Notes: generated by a model not told the origin, from the sequence alone. Positions 41,581-57,119 are shown, counted from the first letter of the stretch. The stretch is 64,000 bases of DNA from Candidatus Poribacteria bacterium (GCA_965198175.1 OZ240245.1:1536001-1600000); one strand, 5' to 3'. Program-made: numbers and translations.

Positions 41581-42022
41581 TCAAATGAAACCTATGGCTT
41601 GGGCACCTATCCATTCCCTCTCCTAAAGTCTACAAGTAATTGAAGAAGCCAGCCGGGACAACATGATGATGGTAATTGATTATCGGCAGTTGTACGCGGG
41701 CGGAGAATCGACGCCTGATGACGTGGAAAAGTTGGACAGTTCAATGATTTACATTGCCCATTTCTGCGATGACATTGCGCACAAGGAAGACGCGGCATAG
41801 AATGAAGTGGAACTCTGAGACTTCCTTCCGGGAGACGGTGAGATCCCAGTTCAGGAATAGCTGTACGCGGTCCGCTCGACGGGGTTTAATGGAATCCGAT
41901 CATGTGAACTTCCGAGTCTCAGTCACTAGGCATAGAATCCCTGAGAGTTAACTCGGGAATACAAGCGTCGCTTGGAATTTTATACTTCTTGATAGGGGTG
42001 CCACCCCATACTCAATTGAATT

Positions 42023-42574
42023 ATGGCAGACGTCTATATCAGTTTTGGATCTAACATCGGAGATCGCTTTGCTCACATCAATCAGGCGTTACACCTGTTG
42101 CTAGAAGCCGATAGTGTAACGCTGATGCAATTATCCTCTCTCTATGAGACTGAGCCTGTTGGAGATAAGAATCAGGATTGGTTCCTTAACGGCGTCCTCG
42201 CCATTGAAACCCACCTATTACCCCACCCGTTATTAGATTTCCTAAAGACAATTGAAAAGCGAATTGGACGAGAGCATCGGTCCCGCTGGGGCCCCAGGGA
42301 AATCGATCTAGATCTCTTAATCCTTGGCAGCCAATGTGTTGACACGCCCGACTTGACAGTGCCGCATCCCGAAATTCACCGCCGCCGATTTGTGCTCGTT
42401 CCTTTCGTCGAAATCGCGCCGGATGTGGTTCACCCTATCCTTGGGAAAAAAGTCCATACCTTACTATCTGAACTGACAGGTGCAGAGATTGTGCGACGTG
42501 TGGCCCCGCCGCCCATCGAATTGTTAATGGGAAGGACTTCAGTGAGAGCGCGATATAACCCCCAAATCCGCTAA
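42023..42574 (+). CDS. folK: 2-amino-4-hydroxy-6-hydroxymethyldihydropteridine diphosphokinase
   Basis: FGSNIGDR, SSLYETEPVG, RWGPREIDLDLL, PHPEIHRRRFVLVP. Confidence 0.95.
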   Translation: MADVYISFGSNIGDRFAHINQALHLLLEADSVTLMQLSSLYETEPVGDKNQDWFLNGVLAIETHLLPHPLLDFLKTIEKRIGREHRSRWGPREIDLDLLILGSQCVDTPDLTVPHPEIHRRRFVLVPFVEIAPDVVHPILGKKVHTLLSELTGAEIVRRVAPPPIELLMGRTSVRARYNPQIR

Positions 42575-42761
42575 TCATCTAGAGCAATCGAACGGGTTTC
42601 TGGAAGTTAACAATCCACATTGTGAAGCCGTAAGGGACAATCTGGCGCATTTTGCGCAGTTGGAAAAGAACCCTGAACATATCCATACCTATCGCATCAC
42701 AGTGCTGTCGATATCAATACACCAAATATAGGGTATGGTCATGAATATAAGGCGTGCGAAC

Positions 42762-42804
42762 AAAAAAAAGCCTGTATTATACGAGAATCCGCACAATACA
42801 GGCT
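42762..42804 (-). terminator. rRNA operon terminator
   Basis: AGCCTGTATT/AATACAGGCT hairpin plus A8 (U8 on the minus strand). Confidence 0.8.
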
Positions 42805-42814
42805 AAATAGAATC

Positions 42815-42932
42815 TCCCGGCAACGACCTACTTTCCCACAAGGTTGCCCTTGAAGTATCATCAGCGCTGGAGGGCTTAACTGCCGTGTTCGGAATGAGAA
42901 CGGGTGTTTCCCCTCCGCTATTGCCACCGGAA
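42815..42932 (-). rRNA. rrf: 5S rRNA
   Basis: CACCCGTTCTCATTCCGAACACGG and AGTAGGTCGTTGCCGG on the minus strand; ends approximate. Confidence 0.95.
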
Positions 42933-43034
42933 GACATCAACATGTTTCTTCAAAAGGAAAATCTATGATCCAAAATTATTGCTTTTAGTGACTATTTGAC
43001 AACTCTATAGATTTGACGATTTACTCCAATAAGA

Positions 43035-46059
<3,025 letters not shown>

Positions 46060-46130
46060 ACAGTTATAAAGTAAATCTATCAAATCTATACAATTGTCAA
46101 AGATCACTGTCTGCAAAAGTTGCAGACCAA

Positions 46131-46204
46131 TGGAGATGAGCGGAGTCGAACCGCTGACCTTCTGCGTGCAAAGCAGGCGCTCTCCCAAACTGAGCTACAC
46201 CCCC
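46131..46204 (-). tRNA. tRNA-Ala(TGC)
   Basis: GGGGGTGTAGCTCAG...CTTTGCACGCAG...GGTTCGACTCC...CTCCA in the ITS. Confidence 0.95.
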
Positions 46205-46213
46205 ACACTTGAA

Positions 46214-46290
46214 TGGTGGGCTTATCTGGACTCGAACCAGAGACCTCGCGCTTATCAGGCGCGCGCTCTAACCGCCTGAGCTATAAGCCC
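46214..46290 (-). tRNA. tRNA-Ile(GAT)
   Basis: GGGCTTATAGCTCAG...CCTGATAAG...GGTTCGAGTCC...GCCCACCA. Confidence 0.95.
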
Positions 46291-46397
46291 CTACAAAAAC
46301 AACAAGCGCTTTAAGAAAGCTAAATAGATTATCAGACTTCCCAATCAAACGAGCTAAACATACCACATGTTTGCTAACAAGTGATAGCCTAAATAAG

Positions 46398-47965
<1,568 letters not shown>

Positions 47966-48120
47966 AAAACGGTTTGCTAATCCATAGGATTAACAAGAAC
48001 GTAACGAGCTTTAACAAGCTCTAAACTTCGATGTTTGTAAAAACATCTGGACATGTCACGACAAACTATTTAGCTTTCAAAGAGCGCATGTTATCTACTC
48101 TGCTTTACAGAGTGACGCAA

Positions 48121-48149
48121 AGTATAACACGCGAGGTTTTCGCTGTCAA
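48121..48149 (-). promoter_or_regulatory. rRNA operon promoter
   Basis: Minus-strand TTGACA-17 nt-TATACT; boxA-like GCTCTTTGAAAG downstream (~48073-48086). Confidence 0.8.
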
Positions 48150-48478
48150 GATAAAATCAAAAAAACTGTAGAGATTTTCCAGAGCGTCTTGATAACAGTC
48201 AATTGGCATGCGTAATGAGAAAACTTATCCACTACACAATACACAAAAAATGGTGCGGTAAAAATCGAGGTATCCATTACACTCGTACGGTTTGTCATAT
48301 AATCTCAGCCCCATCTTTTTCCCAATGAATGAAGCCGGTTATCGCGACAAAAAAGGCCCACCAATAGCAGTGGATACACTTGACTGATGCGTTTTTTCAT
48401 TATATACTCTCGTGCGAAAAGTGGGATTTTTCGCAGACACACTCGGGGAAATCGCAACACATTGAATTCCACCGCTTA

Positions 48479-48956
48479 GAGGCTGTTTGAAAACGAAAAA
48501 GTGACGCGCACGGTTGATGTTTACGTTTACTCATTGGGGAAGTAAATACTGAACCAATGAAAGGAGTAAATATGAACCGCAAGAGTTATTCCATGGTTAA
48601 GGTCACTGATGCCAATGTCAGTGACAATCAGATAGCTATTGAGCTACTAACCGAAGTCTATAGTTGGCACATAATGATTCAGTTGGTCTGTGCTGATGCT
48701 GCCTATCGTGGGGAATTAGCAGACTGGTTATATCTTACTCATCAGTGTCAACTGGAGATTGCACCTACGCTAGCACAGCAGGGGTTTGAGGTTGTCCGGC
48801 TACGATGGATTGTTGAGCGCACATTTTCTTGGTTTGGGTGGTTTCGCCGATTGACTTTGGACTACGAACGCTATCCTATGACTGCTGAGACTATGGTGTA
48901 CATCGCTTCCATTCACTTGATGCGAAACCGTATCAAATGACTCTTCAATCAGGTTC
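48479..48956 (+). mobile_element. internally deleted IS5-family element with transposase fragment (ORF 48557-48940)
   Basis: ADAAYRG and RWIVERTFSWFGWFRRLTLDYER IS5 DDE C-terminus; imperfect IRs GAGGCTGTTTGAAAAC / CTCTTCAATCAGGTTC flanked by TTA/TAA. Confidence 0.8.
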
Positions 48957-49145
48957 TAAGTGTTGGAATCGGAAAAAAAGAAAATATGAGCTACTCATAC
49001 CGCACTTGAAGCGATGCGGGTGAGCTTGTCCGCTGAACAATAAATGCAGGAGAACCGACAGATCGTGTTAGAGTAAAGGAAGGAAGAAGGAAATAAGATT
49101 AGCAACTGTCAAACACCGAGTTGGCGGAGGTGAAAGGAGTTTTGC

Positions 49146-50339
49146 ATGCGGAATTCGTTATCAATGACGGTAGGTAGACACGACAGTCAGATTGACGGCA
49201 GCGACGATCGCGCCATTCAGGCAGGCATTGATTACCTCGCCGCACTCGGCGGTGGGACGCTGAAACTCTTGCCCGGCGTGTATCATCTCAACAACGCAAT
49301 CTATCTACGAAGTAACATCCGGATTGAAGGGAGCGGCGACGAAACGGTGCTGATTAAAAACCCTTCCGTGAGTACGCCCCTCGCCGTCGATTCGGATTGG
49401 TACGATTCGGACGTAACACTAATCAAGAGCGACGGTTTTGAGGTGGGGTACGGGGTTTGCCTAAGAGCAAAGACCCCGCATCACGGCGGATCAAATGTCA
49501 TCAAGCGCACAATTATTGCAAAAGAGGGAGGCCGTCTCTGGCTCGATAGATTGCTCGAAAAGAATTTCTGGGCAGACCATGAAGCGCAGATCTCGACCCT
49601 GTTCCCGATCCTGAGCGGCGAACATATCTGCAACATTGAGATCCGGAATCTTGTTCTCGATGGCAATCGATCCAGCAATCAACACCTTGATGGGAACTAT
49701 GCCGGCTGCATCTTCATGCAGGACTGTGAGCGAATTCAATTCGACAATGTCGAAGCGCGAAACTATAACGGCGATGGCATCTCATGGCAGATTTGCCACG
49801 ATGTGACCGTGACGAATTGTCGGAGCCTGAACAATACCGATTTGGGGTTGCATCCGGGCTCCGGATCGCAACGCCCGATCATGCGGGATAATCACCTTGA
49901 AGGCAATCAGCTGGGGCTTTTCTTCTGCTGGGGTGTGAAACACGGGGTCGCAGAGAACAACCGGATTCTCAACAATCATCAGTTTGGCATTTCCATCGGA
50001 CATCGAGACACAGACAACACGATCCGACTCAATCAAATCGAAGGCAGCGGAGAAATCGGTATCATCTTCCGCAACGAACCAAACAAAGGGCGTAGCCCCC
50101 ATCGGAATTTGGTAGAAAACAACCGGATTGCGAACAGCGGATCGGACAAGGGTGGCATCGGTATTGACATTCAAGGTGAGACCCAATCAATTACGATTCG
50201 GGGCAATCAGATAACCGAAAGTCGGGAAGGCGGCGAACATATCGGTGTGCAGATAGGTGAAAAGACCGCCAATATCCTTCTTGAGAGGAACGAGTTTTCG
50301 GGATTGGCTGTGGGTGTCAAAGATTTGCGAGGCAAATAG
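49146..50339 (+). CDS. right-handed parallel beta-helix protein (pectate-lyase-3-like N-terminus)
   Basis: DDRAIQAGID...GGGTLKLLPGVY, many N/G-rich PbH1 repeats. Confidence 0.8.
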   Translation: MRNSLSMTVGRHDSQIDGSDDRAIQAGIDYLAALGGGTLKLLPGVYHLNNAIYLRSNIRIEGSGDETVLIKNPSVSTPLAVDSDWYDSDVTLIKSDGFEVGYGVCLRAKTPHHGGSNVIKRTIIAKEGGRLWLDRLLEKNFWADHEAQISTLFPILSGEHICNIEIRNLVLDGNRSSNQHLDGNYAGCIFMQDCERIQFDNVEARNYNGDGISWQICHDVTVTNCRSLNNTDLGLHPGSGSQRPIMRDNHLEGNQLGLFFCWGVKHGVAENNRILNNHQFGISIGHRDTDNTIRLNQIEGSGEIGIIFRNEPNKGRSPHRNLVENNRIANSGSDKGGIGIDIQGETQSITIRGNQITESREGGEHIGVQIGEKTANILLERNEFSGLAVGVKDLRGK

Positions 50340-50444
50340 ATGTCTCTACGACGTTTGACAGGAAGTTGACAATGTGATAAGATAGACTGCAAATTTTTGC
50401 ATTTTAACGCGGCAACTTAGGTCATAATTATGGAGAAGTTAAGG

Positions 50445-50912
50445 GTGTGTGGTATCGCTGGTTTTTTTAGACAAAACGCAAAATAGCAATGCACCCATGG
50501 GCAAGACTATTCTCGCCATGCTCATGGCACTGGGAGTGCGGGGACCGGATTCGGCACAAACTACCACAAGTTACGCCGTATCTACGAACAGCGCGGTGTC
50601 AAATTCTATACGGAAAACGACTCTGAAATTATCGGCGTCTACCTCGCCGACCAATTGTCTCAGGGATTGAGGTTCAAAGAAGCGTTAGATGCGTCGCTTA
50701 CCAATTTGGACGGCTCCTTCAGCTATCTCGCGGCGACTGAGGATTATATTGGATTTGCCAAAGATCCCTTCGCTTTCAAACTGCTACTCTTTGCCGAAAC
50801 GGATGATTTTGTCGCTGTCGCTACCGAAGAGATCGCGATCCGGGCTGCCTTCGAGGGCGGCTATGAGGTGCGCGAGGCACAAGCAAAGGATGTGAGTGTA
50901 TGGCGGAGATAG
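50445..50912 (+). pseudogene. class II glutamine amidotransferase (GlxB-like) pseudogene
   Basis: GTG-CGIAG N-terminus, frameshift in T7 (50462-50468), RGPDSA followed by a jump to NYHKLRR...TENDSEII...LDGSFS...KDPFAFK. Confidence 0.75.
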
Positions 50913-51490
50913 CAGGATTACAAATCAATCCACAGGAAATTTACGGGAATTGGCGGGCAGGATACGCTTTGGATTTTTATCGTTTATTTAAGCCATTGGA
51001 ATACACTAAAATTGGCAAATTGGTTTTTCAAGTGAAATATCACCATGACCGGAACCAGATTCAACCTATTGCAGCAATTGCGGCAAAATTCATCACAGAA
51101 GGGTTCGCAGTTGATGGACACCCTGTCCTTCCTTACCTTAGGGCAATTATCCCTACGCCACCTTCAGATACAAAAAGGTCTCTTCAACCCGTCCCCGTAA
51201 TCGCGGCGAAAATAGGAAGTCTCCTGAATCTACCAGTTTACACTGATGATCTGATTAAGGTAAAACAGACACCATTACTCAAGTTTCTTCCGTCCGTAGA
51301 AAGCAAACAGGCGGCAATTCAAGGGGCGTTCGATGTTCAGTCTCCGAATTTGAAAAGACGTTGTGTCTTGCTATTTGATGATATCTATGACTCGGGAACA
51401 ACCTTGACAGAAGCCACCGATGTGCTCTATAGACAGGGCCGTGTAAGTCGCGTGCTTGTCTTAACACTTACACGGACGTACAAAGATTGA
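50900..51490 (+). CDS. ComF-like phosphoribosyltransferase
   Basis: GNWRAGYALD N-terminus, IIPTPPS, VLLFDDIYDSGTTL PRPP-binding loop, LTLTRT. Confidence 0.85.
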   Translation: MAEIAGLQINPQEIYGNWRAGYALDFYRLFKPLEYTKIGKLVFQVKYHHDRNQIQPIAAIAAKFITEGFAVDGHPVLPYLRAIIPTPPSDTKRSLQPVPVIAAKIGSLLNLPVYTDDLIKVKQTPLLKFLPSVESKQAAIQGAFDVQSPNLKRRCVLLFDDIYDSGTTLTEATDVLYRQGRVSRVLVLTLTRTYKD

Positions 51491-51539
51491 AACGACGAAT
51501 TCTAGGACTACTAACGCTTACCCGAACAAGGTAGAAAAA

Positions 51540-52502
51540 ATGAACATCGAAAGAGATTATTTCTGGTTTCGACTCTTTAAGACACGTGGAATCGGTCCAA
51601 AGTCTCTGATCTCAATTGCCAAGATCCTTAAAAAGGAAGATCTCTCCCCTGAAATGCTGACGTGGAGCCAAAGCGATCTCTCAACCCAATTTCCAGAACT
51701 ATCAAAATTCCTTAGTAAAATCCGCGAAGAGGATGAGGACGAAGTGCGCGCAGAGTATGACGAACTCAAAAGTGAAAGTGTCGATATTATTCACCCAAGA
51801 CATCCCGATTTTCCACCGCAGCTCCTTGAAATCGCGCCGATGTTGTTCATTCAGGGACAACGAAAACTACTTAATTCCGATGGGGTTGCAATCGTAGGTT
51901 CGCGGGATGTGTCAGATACGGGGATTTGCGTTGCACGGGAGCTTGCGGCTGAAATCGCAAACGCGGAGTTAAATGTCGTCTCCGGATACGCCAAAGGGGT
52001 GGACTCAGAAGCCCACTTGGGCGCGCTAGCTGCGGAGGGAACAACGACAATAGTGCTCCCCTACGGTATTAAGGAATTCTGTAAGAAAAAAGCGTTCCGA
52101 GTATTCAATTGGCAGCGGGATGTACTGGTGGTTTCGCAATTTGACCCGAACGTCAAGTGGTTGGCTCCCAACGCAATGGTTCGGAACAAGCTTGTTTGCG
52201 CTCTCTCCAAGGCTGTTGTCGTGATTGAATCAGGACCTAAGAAAGACTCACAGGGCAAAATGTCTGGCACTTTCAACACCGCACGAACGGCTCTCAGTAT
52301 GAACTTGCCGTTGTTTGTTCTGGATCCAGAATACTTTGACAATCCCCCAAAAGGTAACGAGGATCTAATTAAGTTAGGAGGCAAGCACTTCTATCCGGCT
52401 GATGGTGCAGAGGTGATTGTCAAATGTATTTCTGCTGCAAAAATGGAATCGTCCCCCGTTGAACAACAAGCTTCTTCTGAGCAATTAGAGATTCGTTTCT
52501 GA
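51540..52502 (+). CDS. dprA: DprA/Smf-like (SLOG fold) protein
   Basis: RGIGPK, AIVGSRDVS, VVSGYAKGVDSEAH, RNKLVCALSKAVVVIES, GT..TA..AL. Confidence 0.85.
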   Translation: MNIERDYFWFRLFKTRGIGPKSLISIAKILKKEDLSPEMLTWSQSDLSTQFPELSKFLSKIREEDEDEVRAEYDELKSESVDIIHPRHPDFPPQLLEIAPMLFIQGQRKLLNSDGVAIVGSRDVSDTGICVARELAAEIANAELNVVSGYAKGVDSEAHLGALAAEGTTTIVLPYGIKEFCKKKAFRVFNWQRDVLVVSQFDPNVKWLAPNAMVRNKLVCALSKAVVVIESGPKKDSQGKMSGTFNTARTALSMNLPLFVLDPEYFDNPPKGNEDLIKLGGKHFYPADGAEVIVKCISAAKMESSPVEQQASSEQLEIRF

Positions 52503-53178
52503 GGGCATAGCAATCCGTGCGATGCTATCCGATGCAAAGATACTCCCATCAAGGCAACATCCACCGATTCGCGATTCGGTTCGTAAATTCCTATTTTATA
52601 CATCTTCGAGTTCATTACCTCTGATGTGCACGCGGCGTAGTATTATCTTGCTGTGGTGGCCAACCTTCAAGACATGTGCAAGATACCCTTCTTGATCGGT
52701 TGCGATCGTGATGTGTCGATTACAGTGGGATTGCCCCCAGTATGCTGTGATTTCCCAATGTCCGTCTTCGCGTTGATGGGCAACGAAACAGTCGCCTAGG
52801 CGCACTCTCCAATCCCAATATTAGCTTTCCGGTATCGCCACGTACAACAGCCCAGAACCCCAACCTAATCTTACACGTGTGCATGGATTGAAACCTCCGG
52901 CGGACTGCCCATGTACATTTCATCCCGATTATTCCCATCTGATTCTCTGTAAGCCCTGTATTTCGACCTCGCCCCGAATTGGTGTTTCATCTTCACAATA
53001 TCGAATCTCCAGCAGATGAAGCCGCTTTCGAAACCAGCGTGGCGCATAGAGCACAGAAGTTTGCCTTGACAAAACAATAATACTATGAGATGATAGAAAA
53101 ATACAGGTTTCACGCCGCTGAAATTCATCAACACATAATCCAATTAGTAAAGACCACATAAAAACCATTATAAGTCAG

Positions 53179-54003
53179 ATGCACATTCCAGACTACTATC
53201 GTATATTGGAAGTCAATCGCAAAGCCACAGCAGCGGAAATCAAAAAGGCATTCCGTAAGCTTGCGAAGCGATACCATCCAGATAAGAACCCGGGGCGTGA
53301 GGAATTCGCCGAGCGGATGTTCCGTCAAATCTGCACTGCTTACGAGACGCTTTGCTATTCCCAGCAAAGATTGAAATACGACATGACGCTAGACGCCGCA
53401 GATGAAGAACATCAACTGCAGGCTGCCTACCTTAAGAATCTTAGAAAGGCAACGCAAAAGCGGCAGAAATACGAACTCATGTTTCAGGAGTTGCTGAACC
53501 GAAATGATGAAGCAGGCATCCGGATTTATGAACAGTTGCAGCGTGAGGATAAAAAAGTTCATATTGATGATTTTCTGAATTACGCGGACAGTCGGGACTG
53601 TGAATTCCTCATTGCGGAAGCGTACTATACCCTTGGAAACTATCGAACGGCGATGCGAATTTATGAATCGTTAATCTCACATGAAAAACGTCGCGTGTTT
53701 TTTCACCATTTTGCTGATGAAATCAAAGCACGGCTTAGACAAGTCTATCTTTACTTTCTCACCCATCCGCAGCGTCTAGAAGACATTCCCGCCGATTTAG
53801 AAAGGGTCTGTGCCCTGAATTTGCCAAAACGTGAAACAGCGTGGATTTATAAGAAGCTCGCGGAGTTTTATTTCGACATCAACCGGCACATCCAGGCAGA
53901 GCGAATGCTGAATACAGCGTTCGAGCTTTATCCGCGACTAACAGGCGCGAAAAGAATCTGTCAAAAGTTGGGTGTGGAGTACTTACCGTCTCAGCGGGTT
54001 TAG
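53179..54003 (+). CDS. J-domain protein with TPR-like C-terminus
   Basis: DYYRILEV...EIKKAFRKLAKRYHPDKNPG; helical TPR-like repeats. Confidence 0.85.
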   Translation: MHIPDYYRILEVNRKATAAEIKKAFRKLAKRYHPDKNPGREEFAERMFRQICTAYETLCYSQQRLKYDMTLDAADEEHQLQAAYLKNLRKATQKRQKYELMFQELLNRNDEAGIRIYEQLQREDKKVHIDDFLNYADSRDCEFLIAEAYYTLGNYRTAMRIYESLISHEKRRVFFHHFADEIKARLRQVYLYFLTHPQRLEDIPADLERVCALNLPKRETAWIYKKLAEFYFDINRHIQAERMLNTAFELYPRLTGAKRICQKLGVEYLPSQRV

Positions 54004-54179
54004 CACTCGTGAGTGGGTTCGATATCACTGTTAACACCCGGCCCCCAACCTTGGAGGTTAACCAATCAGCCCGGTCGATAGTGGACGAACAACTCGTACT
54101 GCCACCCCAAATCGCATGAGCGGGAAAAGTAAAGTTCATCAAAGGAGAGAACGGAAATTGGGTCGCGGAGACTGTCTAT

Positions 54180-57119
54180 ATGAACAACTCAACCAACCAG
54201 CTTGAACAGGTATTGACCAATCATATTGAAGGCGAAGTGCGCTTCGATCTGTATTCTAAAGTTCTATACAGTACAGACGCAAGCATATATCAGATTGAGC
54301 CAATTGGAGTTGTGATTCCCCGACGTAAAAAGGATGTGCTCAAAACAATTCAAATCGCTTACGAGCGGAATGTGCCAATCCTCGCACGCGGTGGTGGGAC
54401 GAGTCTCGCCGGGCAAGCAGTTGGTGAAGCCATTATCATAGATATGTCCAAATACATGGACACTATCCTTGAGGTGAACATCGAGGAGCAGTGGGCACGG
54501 GTGCAGCCGGGCGTTGTCCTCGACGAATTGAATCACAACCTGAAACCGCATAACCTGATGTTTGCGCCGGATGTGGCGACAAGTAGTCAGGCAACCGTCG
54601 GAGGTATGATTGGTAACAACTCAGCAGGGGCGCATTCGTTAATTTACGGGAAAACTATCGATCATGTGATCTCGTTAGGTTTGATACTTACCAACGGCGA
54701 GGAGATTACGGTTGAACCTATCTCTCTCGACGAGCTCGAAGCTAAAAAGCAGGGAAATTCTCTTGAAAGCCATCTATATCGTGAAATATGTCGTGTTACG
54801 ACGGAAAACGCTGAAGAAATCCGAGCACGATTTCCCCGGATTCTGCGCCGCGTCTCAGGGTATAACCTTGATGAGTTCATCCCCGATGCCGGATCAAAAG
54901 AAGTAACACCATACAGACGAGATGGCTGTGATGCTAAGCTTCCGTTTAACCTAGCCAAAATCGTCGTTGGATCTGAGGGAACGCTTGCCGCAACGGTCGA
55001 AGCCAAGATTAACCTTGTTCCACGTCCCACGAAGACATCGGTCATGACAATCCACTTCGAGACACTAATCGAATCAATGGAAGCTGTAAATCCAATTCTC
55101 GCATGCCAACCCACTGCAGTAGAGCTAGTTGATAAGACCATCCTCGATATGACGAAAGGGTCGCTAGAATATTCGCGTCTGCGCACCTTTATTCAGGGAG
55201 ATCCAGCCGCAATCCTCGCCGTAGAGTTTTATGGCGAGTCAGAAGACGAGTTAGTAGATAAACTCGATTCGCTTGAACGCAAAATGAAGTCGATTGGGTT
55301 GGGCTATTCGTTCGTCCGATGTATGACAACAGCGGAGCAAGCACAAGTGTGGAATATTCGCAAGGCTGGGCTTGGGTTGATGATGGGCATGAAAGGGGAT
55401 TATAAACCCATACCCTTTGTAGAAGATGCCGCTATACCCGTAGGTAGTCTGCCAGAATATGTTCGTCGCTTCGAAAAGCTCCTCGTCGATCACGATACGA
55501 CGGCTGTCTATTACGCCCATGCGAGTGTTGGACTCTTGCACATTAGACCGGTAATAAATCTTAAACAGGTCACAGACATCCAAAAAATGCGCGACATGGC
55601 ACACCGTGTTCTGGACATGACGTTGGAATTCGGTGGAGCGATGAGTGGCGAACATGGTGACGGTCTTGTGCGAAGTGAATGGATTGAGACTATATTTGGT
55701 GCACAAATCTATAATGCGTTTCGCAAGGTGAAAACTGCGTTCGATACAACGGGTATCATGAACCCGGGCAAAATCATTGACCCGCCGCCGATGACCGAAA
55801 ATCTGCGCTACGGTTCCAACTACCGGACAATTCAGATTGATACGTACTTCGACTTCTCCAGTCAGGGCGGATTTGCAGGAGCCATTGAGATGTGTAATGG
55901 AGTTGGTGCGTGTCGCAAGAAGCTAGCCGGCACCATGTGTCCCTCCTACATGGCGACGAAGGAGGAAGAGCATTCGACTCGCGGACGGGCAAACGTGCTC
56001 CGAGCAGTGCTGTCCGGAAGTTTGCCCGCCGAACATTTTAAAAGCAAACGGCTATATGATGTGCTTAGCCTCTGTTTGGAGTGTAAGGGTTGTAAAGCAG
56101 AGTGCGCCTCCAATGTGGACATGGCAAAGCTCAAGTACGAATTCCTCGCTCACTACTATAAGGCGCGCGGTCTACCCCTGCGGAACCGGCTATTTGGAAA
56201 TATCGCCAAACTCAGCGCAATTGGATCTGCGTTCGCCCCGGTATCGAACTGGCCTATGAATAGCGGGGTCTCCAAATGGGCGATGGAAAAAATCATCGGA
56301 ATTGACCGACGACGAACGCTACCAACCTTCGCTCGGGAAACGTTTGAGAGGTGGTATGCAAAACGAGAATCGCAAAATCGATGGGGGAGCCGTAAACAGG
56401 TTGTTCTTTTTCACGATACCTTCATGAATTACAACGAACCTCAAATCGGAAAAGCCGCAGTCGCCGTGCTTGAAGCCGCAGGATTTGAAGTCATTTTGCC
56501 GGATAAGCGTTGTTGTGGTCGGCCCATGATATCTAAAGGGATGCTTGAGCGTGCAATCGAAAATGCGCACTACAACGTTAAGAAACTCCTCCCTTATGCT
56601 CACGAAGGCATACCGATTATCGGATGTGAGCCGAGTTGTATCTCAGCGCTGCGTGATGATTACGTCGACCTAATCCCCGGCGATGACTCCAAGCTCGTGG
56701 CAGAACACGCTTACATGATTGAAGAATTTCTATTCGCATGCCACAAGAATGGAGAATTGCATCTGCAATTTAGGGATACGGAGAAAGATGTATTATTGCA
56801 TGGTCACTGCCATCAGAAGGCGTTGATTGGAATCTCGCCATCCGTGGAGATTCTGAGTTTGCCGACGGGATACAATGTGGAGGTTATCGATTCCGGATGC
56901 TGTGGCATGGCTGGGTCGTTCGGATACGAAACCGAGCACTACGAGGTCTCAATGGAGTGTGGCCGCCAACTTTTCAAAACTGTCGAGGAACAAATCGGCA
57001 ACTTTGAAATTGCTGCAGCGGGGTTTTCTTGTCGTCATCAGATCGAACACGGCACGGGTAAAACGGCGAAACATCTGATTGAGGTGTTCCGTGATGCAAT
57101 ACGAGAAACGCAAATATAA
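54180..57119 (+). CDS. FAD-linked oxidase fused to 4Fe-4S and CCG domains (YdiJ/GlcDF-like)
   Basis: RGGGTSLAGQ, GSEGTL, SGEHGDG, CNGVGAC, CLECKGC...C, CCGRP, CCGMAGSFG. Confidence 0.9.
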   Translation: MNNSTNQLEQVLTNHIEGEVRFDLYSKVLYSTDASIYQIEPIGVVIPRRKKDVLKTIQIAYERNVPILARGGGTSLAGQAVGEAIIIDMSKYMDTILEVNIEEQWARVQPGVVLDELNHNLKPHNLMFAPDVATSSQATVGGMIGNNSAGAHSLIYGKTIDHVISLGLILTNGEEITVEPISLDELEAKKQGNSLESHLYREICRVTTENAEEIRARFPRILRRVSGYNLDEFIPDAGSKEVTPYRRDGCDAKLPFNLAKIVVGSEGTLAATVEAKINLVPRPTKTSVMTIHFETLIESMEAVNPILACQPTAVELVDKTILDMTKGSLEYSRLRTFIQGDPAAILAVEFYGESEDELVDKLDSLERKMKSIGLGYSFVRCMTTAEQAQVWNIRKAGLGLMMGMKGDYKPIPFVEDAAIPVGSLPEYVRRFEKLLVDHDTTAVYYAHASVGLLHIRPVINLKQVTDIQKMRDMAHRVLDMTLEFGGAMSGEHGDGLVRSEWIETIFGAQIYNAFRKVKTAFDTTGIMNPGKIIDPPPMTENLRYGSNYRTIQIDTYFDFSSQGGFAGAIEMCNGVGACRKKLAGTMCPSYMATKEEEHSTRGRANVLRAVLSGSLPAEHFKSKRLYDVLSLCLECKGCKAECASNVDMAKLKYEFLAHYYKARGLPLRNRLFGNIAKLSAIGSAFAPVSNWPMNSGVSKWAMEKIIGIDRRRTLPTFARETFERWYAKRESQNRWGSRKQVVLFHDTFMNYNEPQIGKAAVAVLEAAGFEVILPDKRCCGRPMISKGMLERAIENAHYNVKKLLPYAHEGIPIIGCEPSCISALRDDYVDLIPGDDSKLVAEHAYMIEEFLFACHKNGELHLQFRDTEKDVLLHGHCHQKALIGISPSVEILSLPTGYNVEVIDSGCCGMAGSFGYETEHYEVSMECGRQLFKTVEEQIGNFEIAAAGFSCRHQIEHGTGKTAKHLIEVFRDAIRETQI

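Noticed and set aside
52596..53168. Fragmentary minus-strand ORFs after dprA
   Set aside because: May be a decayed gene, but I recognise no family motif, so no product call can be supported.
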